Positions 1 to 15,113 of a stretch of DNA of 64,000 nucleotides are shown here, in pieces. The notes beneath the pieces were generated by a model, which had not been told where the DNA came from, searched no databases, and was given only the letters and a program-made list of their open reading frames with translations. Position 1 is the stretch's first letter. Each line of letters opens with the position of its first letter. A program made the position numbers and the translations under genes. This stretch comes from the human T2T-CHM13v2.0 reference genome, Homo sapiens, in NCBI RefSeq assembly GCF_009914755.1, contig NC_060941.1. The stretch is one strand, 5' to 3'.

Positions 1-110
1 ACCTGTAGTCCCACCTACACAGGAGGCTGAGGTAGGAGGATCACTTGAGGCCAGGAGTTCAAGACCAACCTGGGCAACATAGTGAGATACAGTCTCAAAA
101 AAAAAAAAAA
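1..110 (+). mobile_element. Alu/FLAM fragment with A tail, inserted into Tigger1
   Basis: Alu motifs plus poly-A. Confidence 0.85.
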
Positions 111-760
111 AGTGAAGAGGAGTTGCTTCTTATGGATGAGCAAAGAAAGTGGTTTCTTAACATGGAATCTACTCATGGTGTAGATGATGTGAACATTGTT
201 GAAGTAATAACAAAGGATTTAGAATATCACATAAAGTTAGTTGATAAAGCAGTGGCAGGATTTGAGAGGATTAACTCCAATTTTGAAAGAAGTTCTACTG
301 TGGGCAAAATGTTGTCAACCAGCGCTGTATGCTACAGAGAAATCTTTTGTGAAAGGAAGAGTCAATAGATGTGGCAAACTTCATTGTTGTCTTATTTTAA
401 GAAATTACCGCAGTCACTCCAACCTTCAGCAACCACCACCTTGATCAGTCAGCAGCCATCAACGTGGAAGCAAGACCTTCCACCAGCAAAAAGCTTATCA
501 CGCTCTGAAGGCTCAGATGATTGTGAGCATTTTTTAGCCATAAAGTATTTTTAAATTAAGTTATGTACATTTTTTAGACATCATGCTATTGTACACTTAA
601 TAGACTACAGTATAATGTAAACATAGCTTTTATATGCCCTGGGAAACAAAAAATTTTGTACAGCTCACTTTATTGCAATATTTTTATTTTGCAATAAAGC
701 AATATTTGCTTTATTGTGGTAACCTGGAGCTGAACCCACACTAGCTTTGAGGTATGCCTG
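111..760 (+). mobile_element. Tigger1 DNA transposon, 3' part (transposase C-terminal remnant and TIR)
   Basis: Matches the recalled Tigger1 3' sequence (gaaaggaagagtcaa...; ...gaggtatgcctg) and ends in the TA target at 761-762; explains ORFs 45..368 and 369..554. Confidence 0.9.
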
Positions 761-949
761 TACTATAGTTTCTTTAACCTGTTCCCTTACTGATGTCATT
801 TTGTTCCAGTTTGGAGCTATTACAAACAACGTTGCAATGAGTACTCTTGTTAATGTTTTCTTATGCATATGTGTAAATTTTCTCTAGTTATGCTTGGGAG
901 TGGATTGATGGATCTAGGTTATGCTCATCTTGAACTTTATTCTATAGGG

Positions 950-1160
950 TATACAATGTGCCAGACATTATTCTAAGCACACAATATAAATATAAATATG
1001 TACCTTACAACTATCCTTTGAGATAAATATTATTTTCCCTATTTTACAGATTGGGAAACTAAGACACAGAGAGATTAAGTGACCCACCCAAATCACATAG
1101 CTAGTAAGTAGCAGATCCAAGCAATTTCCAAAATCCAGGCTTTTACCACCACATCATGCC
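950..1160. mobile_element. MIR
   Basis: attattttccctattttacagattgggaaactaagacacagagagattaagtgac core. Confidence 0.75.
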
Positions 1161-1458
1161 ACAGCATGATGCTTTACACTTTGGGAATGAATGCATGTAT
1201 TTTCCTGCGGTATGCTTATCTAATCTCTTCAATTCTTGGTTCTTTTTCAAAGTTTGATGTGGTTAAATCAAGGAGGAAAATATTCACTAGAAATATTATC
1301 ATCATAAAAAATGTGAATATGATCAACGTGAGCCACCACCTTGACTTTGATCAATAGTCAGGAAACTAAACTATCAATGTTCTTCCCCTTTTGAAGAAAT
1401 TATATTGCATTTTTTGATCACATAACTACTGAGGGTTTTCTATTAAAAAATAAAAAAT

Positions 1459-2090
<632 letters not shown>

Positions 2091-4862
2091 TTATTTTATA
2101 ATAGCTAAAACTTCCTGTTCTGGAATGTAGCTTAATATTTCAGACTACTGATTGTATCATACATTAGTAATAAAGATTAAAACAATGTTCTAAATTATGG
2201 AAAATGAGGTAAAGGAGAAAAAATTAAAAAAAATAGACCTGTATACAGAGTTATAGAAGTAAGCTGTTATTTCTGTGCATAGTTTAATGCTGGTTGGAAA
2301 TTTCAGACTGCTACAAGAGTGTAAGAATTTTTTTCAATCTTACTGCTAAGTTAGGGTTGCAGTCAAATTAATTTAAAGTTTGTTATAGATCTTCGTGGGG
2401 GAAAAAATGAAGGAAGATAAATGTTTGTGTTTTTTTTTTCCTTCTGTAAGTTCTTCAGCTAAACCAGCTATGCTGCATTGTATGGGTGGATTTAGGATGC
2501 TGGGGATCCCTCACCATTTTTTTAAAAAATAAAATACACCCATTAAGTATCATTTATTTAGTCTAGCATGTGGGATGTGAAGCATTTCCCACAGAAGTCA
2601 TTTGTCTCTGTCTGTGGATAGGCCTTCCTAGGGAACACTTAATGAGATTGCTTTTTCTCCTGACTCCTTTAATGTTTTGTTTGCAGTTCCTAAATCCAAA
2701 TTATAAATTTATCTTGCAGTATTATACTTTCTATGATGATGAACTTCTTACTGACAGTAACAATCAACTGCCATCATTGTTTTGCTTCCAAAGAAAAACA
2801 GTCTTTCAAAATGCAGACATTTTAATCATTCAGATATAGGGGTTGTGAAACACAAAAATATAAATAATGAACAATGGAAAATATTTATTAAAGTATATTA
2901 GAAATGTATAGATCCATATTGTCATGTTTAGTTGGATAACATCAGAAATTTGTATGGGCAAGATATATAAAATTATTTTATTTCCTATAAATTAAATTAA
3001 ATCTGACTTTGAATTGCCCAACCTGGTAAAATATAGATTCATATCAGTCATTATGGGAACACATAGAAAAGAATATGTCTTTCTTCCTTTCCTTCCTTGG
3101 TCCTCTCCAACCCAAGAGTAGCGCAAAAACCTAAGAATCTTTTAGGAAAAAAGAAAACAAATAGGAGATGGGCCCACTTGTCTGCAGTTATCACCATCAT
3201 GGACTGATACCCTTATTGAATAAGTTCTGCTTCAAGTCCGATGACATTATTGCTTTTCTGGTCAAGCTTGGACATGAGAGTCTCTCTTGATTGTGAACCC
3301 CCAGTAACTACAGTCCAGCCTCCCAAGGTACTCCATCCAGCCATTCTTCTTTGAGGTCTTGCCATTTCCTTGGAGAACAGCCAGGAAGTAGGATTCAGGT
3401 CACAACTATCCCTGGTGTTGCTGAACATTTTTCCAATTTGGGCAAGCTGGGTTTAGCAGGCTATTTCCCAGTCTCCCTTACAGTTCTCAAAGCTTTTGCC
3501 TTTATCTCAAGCTTCCAGAAAATGAAAGTTTGAAGGCAGATTATCTACAAATAACTTCTGCTTTCCAGTCTGTAACTCAGATCTTCTGTAAATAATGGAA
3601 CCTGAAGACCTGGTTACCTGTTTAAATGAGGAAAGGGAAAAAGAAGTGGAGAACAAATGAAAATTAAAATCTTATATTGTCCTGCCACACTGACATGCAC
3701 ACCCACAGACATAAACGTACCACTTTTCTGCCTAATCCCAGCTTCTGGGTTGTTCAGTTTTTATTGAGTTCTTAGAAGGAAGAGGGCCTAGAAAATTATA
3801 GATTAATCTGTATTTGTGAATAATTGAGAACTCACTAATAAAATGGGCACCTTGGATATTATGTTTACTTCTTGTTGTAAAAAACAGAGTAAAGCTTTGT
3901 TACCTAGGGTTCTCCCCTCTTCCCCTGCCAATTATTAGAAAAGTAATCTAATATTTTCCAAATAAATATATAATTGTGGAGGACTTTCAATAGACACTAA
4001 AGAATAGCAAAGTAACGCAGATCTATAATGAAACCAGATCTGATAGTGTTATTACTTTTACTTGAATTTGAAATAATTTCAAAAAGAGCCAGAAATTATT
4101 ATTGAGATCTATACTATTCTGAAAGCTGAGATAGAGAAGAAAGTTGAATACATGTCCACTACCCTCTTGCAGATAGTGAAAAATGTGTGAATAAATTTAT
4201 AATTATGACATAATAAATAAAAAAGGTACTATGAAAGTATAGAAGTTGAAGAAAAGAAGTTGAAGTCTTTCTTATATAATATTTTGCTTAGCAGGGTTGG
4301 CATGTACTATCATCTTTATTTGCCAGATGAAGAAATTTGAGTTGAAAGAGGTTAAGTATCTTGCTCAGTTACACAGAATAAGTGGTATAGTAGTACATTC
4401 TTAATGTATAAGTGATCAGAGGCTGGGGAAATGATTTCTAACAAGGGTAATAATTTTTATAATACTGCCTGATATTTTTACACTTTGAATCTGATTTATA
4501 AGATTGTCTTTCTACCTACTTGATTCTGCAAAGAATTTGAAAGTTCTTCTCATAGGCGAATGACTATCCTTGTCTTAAATTATCTGCTTATCTAGAAGAT
4601 ATCTGCAAAATAACTTGCTGGGATTTTGGTTGGGGTTGTGTTGAATTTATAGATCAAATGGGAATAACTGGCATCTTGACAATATTGAGTCTCCCAATCC
4701 ATGAATATGAAATATTTCTCCATTAATTTAGTTCTTTGATTTCTTTCAACAGAGTTTTGTAGTTTTCCTTATATTAGATCTCATACATATTTTGTTAGAT
4801 TTATACCTACATGTTTCATTTTGGGGGGTGCTAATGTAAATGGTGTTGTAGTTTTAATTTCA

Positions 4863-5129
<267 letters not shown>

Positions 5130-6428
5130 ATTTCTCCTATAGTTTTGTATAATTCCTTGTTGGTTCTAGGGGTTTTTTGACTCTTTCAGATTTTCTACAT
5201 AGTTATGTTAGTTTTCTACATGTTACAGTTTTATTTCTTCCTTCCTAATCAGTATACCTTTTAATTCTTTTTCTTGTCTTATTGCATTAACTAGGACTTC
5301 AAGTACAATGTTGAAAAAGAGTAGTGAGAGGGAACATCCTTGCCTTGTTCCTGATCTTAGTAGGAAAGCTTCTAGTTGTTTACCATTAAGTGTGAAGCTA
5401 GCTGTAAGTCTTTTATAGATATTCTTTATTAAGTTAAAGAAGTTGCCCTCTATTTCTGGTTAACTGAGAGTTTTTATCATTAATGCGTGTTGAATTTTAT
5501 CAAGTGCTTTTTCTGCATCTTTTGATATGATCATGTAATTTTTCTTTTTTAGCCTTTTGATATGATAGATTACATTAATTGATTTTTAATGATCATCAGA
5601 TGCATCAATTTTGCATATCTGAGATAAATCCCACTTTTTTGTAATGTATAAATCTTTTTATACATTGTTGGATTTGGTTTGCTAATATTTAGATGAAGAT
5701 TATTGCCCCTTTGTTCCTGAAGATATTGGTCTGTAGTTTTTTTTTCTTGTAACATCTTTGTTGGGCATTAAAGTAATGGTAGTCTCATAGAATGAGTTAA
5801 GTTAGCCACTGCACCCAGCCTATTTCCCTTTTTTAATTTTTAATTTTTGTGGGTTAATAGGTGCACTAATTAATTAATAGGTGTATTAATTTTTATTAAT
5901 AGAATGAGTAATGGTAGTCTCAGAGAATGACTTCTATCTTCTGAAAGAGACTGTAGAGAAATAGTATAATTTATGCCTTAAATATTTGGTAGAATTCTCC
6001 AGTGAACCTATCTGGTTTTGGTGCTTTGTATTTTGAAAGGTTATTAATTATTGATTCAATTTCTGTAATCAATTTAGACCTATTCAGATAGTTTAATTCT
6101 TGGCAGATTGAGTCTTGCAAGGAATTGATTCATTTCATCTAAGTTATCAAATTTGTATCAATTAATTTGTATCAAATTAAAAATCAATTAATGTAATGCA
6201 TAGAGTTCTTCATAGTATTACTTTTATTATCCTTTCAATGTCCATGGGATCTATAGTGATGTCCCATCTTTCATTCCTGACATTAGTAACTTGCATCCTC
6301 TCCTTTTTTCTTAGTTAGCCTGGCTAGAGGCTTATCGATTTTATTGACTCTTTCAAAGAACCAGCTTTTAGTTCCATTGATTTTCTCTATTGATTTCCTA
6401 TTTTCAATTTCATTGATTTCTGCTCTAA

Positions 6429-6706
<278 letters not shown>

Positions 6707-7022
6707 ATTTCCCTTTTTTAATTTTTAATTTTTATGGGTACATAGTAGGTATATTAATTTTTATTATTTATTTCCTTCTGCTTTCTTTGGATTTAATTTG
6801 CTCTTCTTTTTCCAGTTTCCTAATGTGGAAACTTAAATTATTTATTTTAAATTTTTTTTCTAATATATGCACTTAATGTTACCAATTTCCCTTTAAGCAC
6901 TGCTTTCACTGTATTCCACAGATTTTAATAAGCTGTGCTTTCATTTTCATTTAGTTCAAAATATTTTAAATTTCTCTTGAAAATTCTTCTTTGATTCATG
7001 TGTTATTTAGAAGTGAATTGTT

Positions 7023-7330
7023 GGCCAGGCCCAGGGGCTTACGCCTGTAATCCCGGCACTTTGAGAGACTGAGGCAAGTGGATCACGAGGTCAGGAGATC
7101 GAGACCATCCTGGCTAACACAGTGAAACCCCGTGTCTACTAAAAATACACACACAAAAAAAAATTTAGTCGAGCGTGGTGGCACATGCCTGAAGTCTCAG
7201 CTACTTGGGAGGCTGAGGCAGGAGAATCGCTTGAACCCAGGAGGCGAAGGCTGCAGTGAGCCAGGATCGCGCCACCGTACTCCAGACTGGGAGACACGAT
7301 GAGACTCCATCTAAAAAAAAAAAAGAAAGA
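7023..7330 (+). mobile_element. AluY/Sc-like element
   Basis: TSD agaagtgaattgtt on both sides. Confidence 0.9.
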
Positions 7331-8050
7331 AGTGAATTGTTTTATCTCCACATATTTGGGGATTTTCCAATTATCTTTATGATACTCATTTCTAGTTTAA
7401 TTCTGCTGTGATCTGAATAAGACATTGTATAATTTTTATTCATTTAAATTTCTTAATGCATGTTTTATGGCCCAGAATGTGGTCTATCTGGATGAATGTT
7501 CCCTATGAGTTTGAGAAGAATGTGTATTCTGCTGTTGGATGAAGTAGTCTGTAGATGTAAATTATATTCAGTTGATGGATGGTGTTGTTGAGTTCAACTA
7601 TGTCCTTACTAATTTTCTGCCTGCTGCATTTTGTCCATTTCTGAGAGAGGGATGTTGAAGTCTCCAACTATAGTAGTGGATTCATCTCTTTGTCCTTGTT
7701 GTTCTACCAGTTTTTGCCTCACGTATTTTGATGCACTCTTACTAGAAACACACACTTAAAGGATTATCATATTTTCTTGGGGAATTGACTCCTTTATCAT
7801 TATGTAATGCCCTTCTTCAGCCCTGATAACATTCCTTGCTTTGAAATCTACTCTGTCTGAAATTAAGTATCTACTTCTGCTTTCTTTTGATTAGTGTTAT
7901 CATGGTATTTTTCTCTATTTTCTTTCATCTATATGTGTCTTTATATTTAAAGTGGATTTCTTGTAGACAACATATAGTTGGGTCTTGTTTTTTTAATCCA
8001 TTCTGACAATCATTTAATTTGTGCATTTAGACTATTAATGTTCAAAGTGA

Positions 8051-8806
<756 letters not shown>

Positions 8807-9341
8807 CACTTTTTATACTTCTTTTAGTGGTTGCTCTGGAGTTTGCCATATACAGTTATAAGTAATTAAAGCCCACTTTCAAATAACACTACACCATTTC
8901 ACTGATAGTGTGAGTGTATTATAATAATAAAATAATCCTAACTCCTACCTCCCATCCCTTGTATCATTGCTGTTATTTATTTTACCTATATATAAACATA
9001 TTCTTAAGCATATGGATATATATACACACATAAGATACATACATATGCATAATCAAATGTATTGTTGCCATTATTATGAACAATCTGTTAGGTCAATTAA
9101 GAATAAGAAAAATACAAGGTTTAATTTTTATCATCACTTATTTCTTCTTTTGTGCCCTTTTTTTTTATGTGCATCTAAGTTTCTGACCTATATCAATTCT
9201 TTCTTTCCAAAGAATTTCTTTTAATATTTCTTGCAAGGCAGGTCTACTAGGAACAAATTTCCTCAGTTTTTTTGTTTGTCTGAGAAAGTCTTTATTTCTC
9301 CTTCACTCCCCACTGCCGCTCACCACCCCGCCAACCCCACA

Positions 9342-9612
9342 CTGAGACAGGTTCTCACTCCATCACTCAGGCTGGAATGCAATGGCATGATCATAGTTCA
9401 CCATAACCTGAACTCCTGGGCTCAAGCAATCCTCCTGCCTCAGCCTCCTTAGTAGCTAGGACTACAGGTACACACCGTCACACCTGGATATCTTTGTTTC
9501 CTTTTTGTAGAGACAGGCTCTTGCTATGTTGCCCTGTCTGGTCTTGAACTCCTGGCCTCAACTGATCCCCCCATAGCACTGGGATGACAGGTGTGAGCCA
9601 CCATGGCTGACC
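9342..9612 (-). mobile_element. Degenerate AluJ
   Basis: Alu motifs. Confidence 0.8.
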
Positions 9613-9897
9613 TCTCCTTTGCTTTTGAAGGAATATTGCAGGGTACAGAATTCTAGGTGGGTGGTTTTTTTCTCTCAACCCTTTTTTCACTCTGTTCTCT
9701 TCTTGCTTGCATGGTTTCTGAGGAAAAGATAGATACAATTCTTCTCTTTGCTCCTCTGTAAGTAAGGTGTTTTATTTTTCTGGCTTCTTTCAAGATTTCA
9801 TTCTTTATCCTTGATTTTCTATAGTTTAAAATGATATTCCTAGGTACAGGGTTTTTGTTTTTGTTTTTTGACATTTATTCTTCTTGGTGTTCTCTGA

Positions 9898-10239
<342 letters not shown>

Positions 10240-11744
10240 TGAGTATTCTGTTCTGTTTTTTTCAGTCCTTATTTGCTTTTCAGTTTTGGAGGTTTCTATT
10301 GTATATCCTCAAGCTTAGAAATTCTTTCCTAAGCCAAGTCCAGGCTACTAATAAGCCCATCAAAAGCTTTCTTCATTTCTTTTACAGTGTTTTTTATCTC
10401 TAGCATTCATTTTGGCTCTTTCTTTAGATTTCCACCTCTCTGCTTATACCGCCCATCTCTTTTTGCATGTTGTCTACGTTATCCATTAGAGCCCTTAGCA
10501 TATTAATCATAGTTGTTTTAAATTCCTGGTATGATAATCCCAACCTCTCCACCATATCTAGTTCTGATACTTGTTCTGTCTTTTCAAAATTTTTTTTGCT
10601 TTTAGTATGTCTTGTAATTTTTTCTTAATAGCCAGACATGATGTATAGGGTAAAAGGAACTGCTATAAATAGCCCTTTAGTAATGTGGTGATAAGGTATG
10701 TAGTTAGGGGAAACTAGTCCTGTAATTAGACTTCATTCTTTTAGTGAGGCTGTACTTATGGACTGTGAGCTTCACATATTGTTCTCGGGGTTGGTTTTGT
10801 TTTTTCCTCCACCTTAGGTGGGACAAGAAGGCTAGAGTGAGCTGGAGATGGGTATTGCCCTTCCCCTAGGTCAGTTAGGCTCTGATAAACCCCATCACAT
10901 TAGACTCTGGTTAGCTAGTTTCTTCTGAAAGAAGACCTTATTAAGAAGAAGAGGGTGCTCTGCCGCATTTCAACATGGTTCCTTTTCCCCTCCTCTTGCC
11001 AGATTCATGAGGGGATTTTTTTCTGATACTCACTGTGATGACCTGGTAGAGCTCCTGGAGGTGAAACTCACAAAAGTGTGGGGAGCCCCTCTGACTGGGT
11101 CTTCCTGGAGTTTTTGACTATCAGACTTCTACACCTAGTCTCCAGCAGTTTGTCAATTACAGTTCAGGTTTTCTTACCCTGGAATTGGTTCCTATGGAGG
11201 TGTCTGATGGGTATGTTTTATAATTCTCTGTATACACCTGTCCAATTTTAGGAGCAACTGTGACCTCACTTCTCTTAAGAATCTAAGAAGTATTGTTGGT
11301 TTTGCAGTTTGCTTAGCTTTTTACTTGTTGTTAGGTTGGAGTGGCCACTTCCAAGCTTCTTACAAGTGGAACCAAAGCTGGAAGTCTTCCCTCTATTGTT
11401 AAAATAATTCTCTTCAAATTTTTTTCTCTTTATTTTAATTGTAACACAGGAATAGGGGATAACATTTAACCACCATTTGTGTACTACAGAATAGTCAGGG
11501 CCATACTAAAGATTGGAGTAGGCCTTAGGACCAGATGAAATAAGCATCTGGTTATTTCATGATTTCATCATGATTTCAAAGGGTCAGTTGAAGGCTTTTC
11601 AGGTGCATTTAAAAGTATCTCTACTGGTTAATAAGAATAATATCTAAAATTGTAACACTAGAGGTTTATTTCTTTGGTTTATTGTTCTTGTTAAAATGCA
11701 GATAACCCTGAAGCGTTTTTCTTTTGTACGTTTTTAATATAAAG

Positions 11745-12625
11745 TCATTCATTCATTCAACAAATACTTATTGAATGCCTACTGTATACTAGGTGCTGTT
11801 CTGGGTGCTGAAGATAAATAAGTGAACATTATTGATTGAGTCCTTGTGGAGGGCAAGAGTGAGATAGACATTCATTCACAAATAAATAATAAGAAAGATG
11901 TTAAGAAGGTACTTTTTTTAAGAGAGTGAGTGTTAGAAACAAGAGCTCAGAGTCGCAAGGAAAACAAGCACTCAAACCATTTCTCAGCAAGGCAAATTTA
12001 CTTGTGCAGAAGGGTGCCGCTTGCACTTCTGGCCTCTGCGAGAGCACACCAAACAAAGGAGAGAAGGATTTTTTATCCCTAACGCAGTCCCTATCCCTGT
12101 GTCCTTCCCCTATTGGCTAGGGTTGAACTGTACAATCTAAGCTGACCCTGGTTGGCTAAGACTTAAACTTTTCCAATTAGGGTAAACACACGATTTGCAA
12201 GGGAGGGAGGGGGTAGGAGTGGTCCCGCTGCTATAGCACAAGGTATGTTCGGATATGTCTGGGCAAGTCAGGGCACAACAAGAGCGGGAGGGCTGCTTGC
12301 AGGCTAGAAACAAGATAGTACAAAGAAGTGAGGCCTCCAAACCAAGGACAAGGACATTACACAATTAAACCCTTTGAAGAAGAATTCACTATCTCTGGCA
12401 GTGAGTAAGAAAATCCTCTCTAATGTTACATTTAAGCAGAGACTTGAAGGAAGTGAGGATATGAACCATACGACTGTCTGAAGAACATTTGTTCCAGGCA
12501 GAGAAAATGATGCAAAGTGCAAAGGGCCTGAAGTAAGTGCATAATTGGTATGTTTGAGGAATAACAAGGAGGCCAGTGTGACTGGAGTGGATTGAGGAAA
12601 GAGTAGAATTGTAGGAGATGGTCAG
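11745..12625 (-). mobile_element. L2 3' end, split by an LTR
   Basis: cattcattcattcaacaaatacttattgaatgcctac is the reverse complement of the L2 tail. Confidence 0.8.
11931..12400 (-). mobile_element. Solo ERV1 LTR, LTR10-like
   Basis: TG...CA termini, 470 bp, exact GTGAG duplication at 11926-11930 and 12401-12405; family from recalled similarity. Confidence 0.7.
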
Positions 12626-13403
12626 TGTGACACTGTGATTTATAATAAGAAATAATACATTTGGTCTTCCTCACCATTTCCTGACATACAGCTTCTAAAA
12701 CTCTTAGAACCTCCGAAATGATGTGTCTTTTTGTATGATAATGAGACGAATGATGGCTGGTGGCTCCTAGTTAGCCTCAGGATGGGGGTGCTGGTTGCCA
12801 GGAGAATGGACCATGTGATTAAAAGATTGAAACTTTCAGTCATACTTCCTTCAACCCCTACATCCAGGAAAGGGAGAGGAGCTGAAGGTTGAGTTGGTAA
12901 CCAGTGGCTAGTGATTTAATCAATCATGCCTATATAATGAAGCCTTTGTAAAAACCCAGAAAGGACTGGGTTCAAAGAGCTTCTTGTGCTGAGGAGGGTA
13001 GCACACCTTTAACTCCACAGGGACAGAAGCTCCTGTGCTTGGGACCATTCCAAATATCACCCTAAGTGTCTCTTCATCTGGCTGTTCATTTGTATCCTTT
13101 AAAATATCATTTGAAATAAATTGGCAACAGTAAGTAAAGTTTTGCCTGAGTTCTGTAAGCTACTCTAGCAAATAAATTGGACCTGAAGAGGGAGTCATGA
13201 GAACCCCTAATTTATAGTGAGTTGGTCATTCTACATATCTCCAAGTAGATAGAGTCAGAAATGATTGAATTATAGGGCATTCAGTTGGTGTCTGCTGGAG
13301 AATTGCTTGATGTGTGGGGAAAACCCCCACAACATCTTATGTCAGAAATAATGTGTTGAGTGTTGAGAGTAGGAAAAGTGTTTGATTTTTCCCATGTCCT
13401 ACA
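12626..13403 (+). mobile_element. MER21-type solo LTR
   Basis: TG...CA termini, gtcag/gttag flanks, MER21 motifs; TATA (12931) and AATAAA (13115) on the + strand. Confidence 0.8.
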
Positions 13404-13514
13404 GTTAGCAAGGTAATAAGTGAGTTTATAAGGATCTAGGCTTGAGCAGACTTAAAAAAAAAACTTTTTAATTTTGGATAATTTTAGATGTACAGGAAAG
13501 CTGCTAAGATAATA

Positions 13515-14236
13515 TGATAATTACCCAATGGGTTCTTCTTGCCCACTGCACAGAGAGAGCTGATTTACTGAGACAGCAGTATTGCAATAGCGAAGTAGTG
13601 TAATAAACGTAGAGCCAGCTGAGCAGAAGACAGGAGTTTATTACTCAAGTCACTCCCCCTGAAAAATTCAGAGATTAGGGTTTTTAAAGGATAATTTGGC
13701 AGCAGGGGGCTAGGGGACTGCTGACTGGTTGAGTTGGGGATGAACTCATAGGGAATCTAAGTTGTCTTCTTACTGTCTTCACTTCCTGGGTAGGATTGCA
13801 AGACCAGCTGAGCCAGCTTTACCTGTCTGGGTGGCACCAGCTGGTCCATCAAAATAGAGAGTCTGAAAAATACCCCAAACATGAATCTTAGGTTTTATAA
13901 TAGTGATGTTATTCATAGGAGCAACTGAAGAGGTTACAAATCTTGTGACCTCTGGCTACATGGCTTCTGAACCACAGTTCTAACCTCCTGGCTAATTTGT
14001 TAGTTTTACAAAGGCAGTTTTGTTTCCTGAGCAAGGAGAGTGTTATCATCTTTGTTTTAAAGTTAAATTAAATTCCTCCTATAGTTCCTCCTATAGTTCA
14101 TTCCGCCCAGGAATGAACAAGGACAGCTTGGAGGTTAAAAGCAAGATGGAGTCAGTTAGGTTAGATTTCTTTCACCATCATAATTTTTCCATGTCAAATT
14201 TTTCTCACTGTTATAATTTATGCAAAGGTAGTTTCA
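13515..14236 (-). mobile_element. LTR8A/B solo LTR (ERV1, MER4 group), inserted in an old L1 3' UTR
   Basis: Ends ...ttataatttatgcaaaggtagtttca, the reverse complement of the LTR8 5' end; gcaagatggagtcagttagg motif. Confidence 0.8.
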
Positions 14237-14790
14237 ATATTACCATCTACCTCTTACCATTTCCCCTAATTTTAACATCTTACATTATCATGGTGTGTTT
14301 GACAAAACTAAGAAGCCAACCAGCATTTGTTCATTACTGTTAACTACATTCCAGACTTACCTTGTATTTCATCAGCTTTTCCACTAATGTCCTTTTTCTG
14401 TTCTAGGATCCAATCCAGGATACTACATTGCATCACGTTTATTTATTCTTTTGCAGTCTGTGACAGTTGCTCAATCCTTCCTTCTTTTCTATGAGCATAA
14501 CAGTCTTAAGGAGCTCCAACTGGATGCTTTATAGGATGTTTTTCAATTTGGGCTTATCTCATAATGTTTTCCAAAAGACTAGACTGGGGTTATGGGCTTC
14601 TGGAAAGAATACCACAGAGGTAATATACCCTTCTCCAGGAGGTAGTGTTAACCCCCATCCCCAGTCTTGAGTGTGGGCTGACTCACTTTCTAAAAAAGAA
14701 TATGGAGAAAGCTGACAAATGCTACCTTAACCAAGTGATCAAAGTTAATATCACCACCAGTGATATTATGTTGATATGATGTGGTGAGTC
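14237..14790 (-). mobile_element. L1MC/MD 3' UTR fragments
   Basis: ttttctgttctaggatccaatccaggatactacattgcat motif. Confidence 0.6.
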
Positions 14791-15113
14791 CAGCAAATTT
14801 TGATGTAGAGATAACATGTGAATAGGACCTGATTTTAGAGACATCTTTGCCCACTTTACAATTTTCCATAGACTAAACTCATTAAAAAGTACACATAATC
14901 TATAGCAAAGTTATTTTAAGTCGAGATTTTTGACATTTCTCCTTATCTTCCATAATTATTTATTACTTAGTACCCAGGATTGTTATTTTCATTTTGTAGT
15001 GTCCATATGGGGGAGAGGAAAAGAGAGAGAGGAAGAGAGAAGGAAGGGGCAGACTTTGGTTGTTTTGCTGCTTTTGTAATAATCCACAAATACATCCTAT
15101 CAGTGGTTGTAAT

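Noticed and set aside
45-554. ORFs of 107 and 61 aa resembling a transposase
   Set aside because: Tigger1 remnant fused to Alu sequence with an in-frame stop; not a domesticated gene
669-716. Small hairpin tttattgcaa...ttgcaataaa in the Tigger1 end
   Set aside because: A 10-bp AT-rich local inverted duplication; too small to interpret
2733-2757. TGATGA...CTGA, possible C/D-box snoRNA
   Set aside because: The boxes are only about 10-13 nt apart and there is no terminal stem
11931-12400. LTR10 as an AP-1-driven enhancer
   Set aside because: No TGA(G/C)TCA motif or VNTR is visible in this copy
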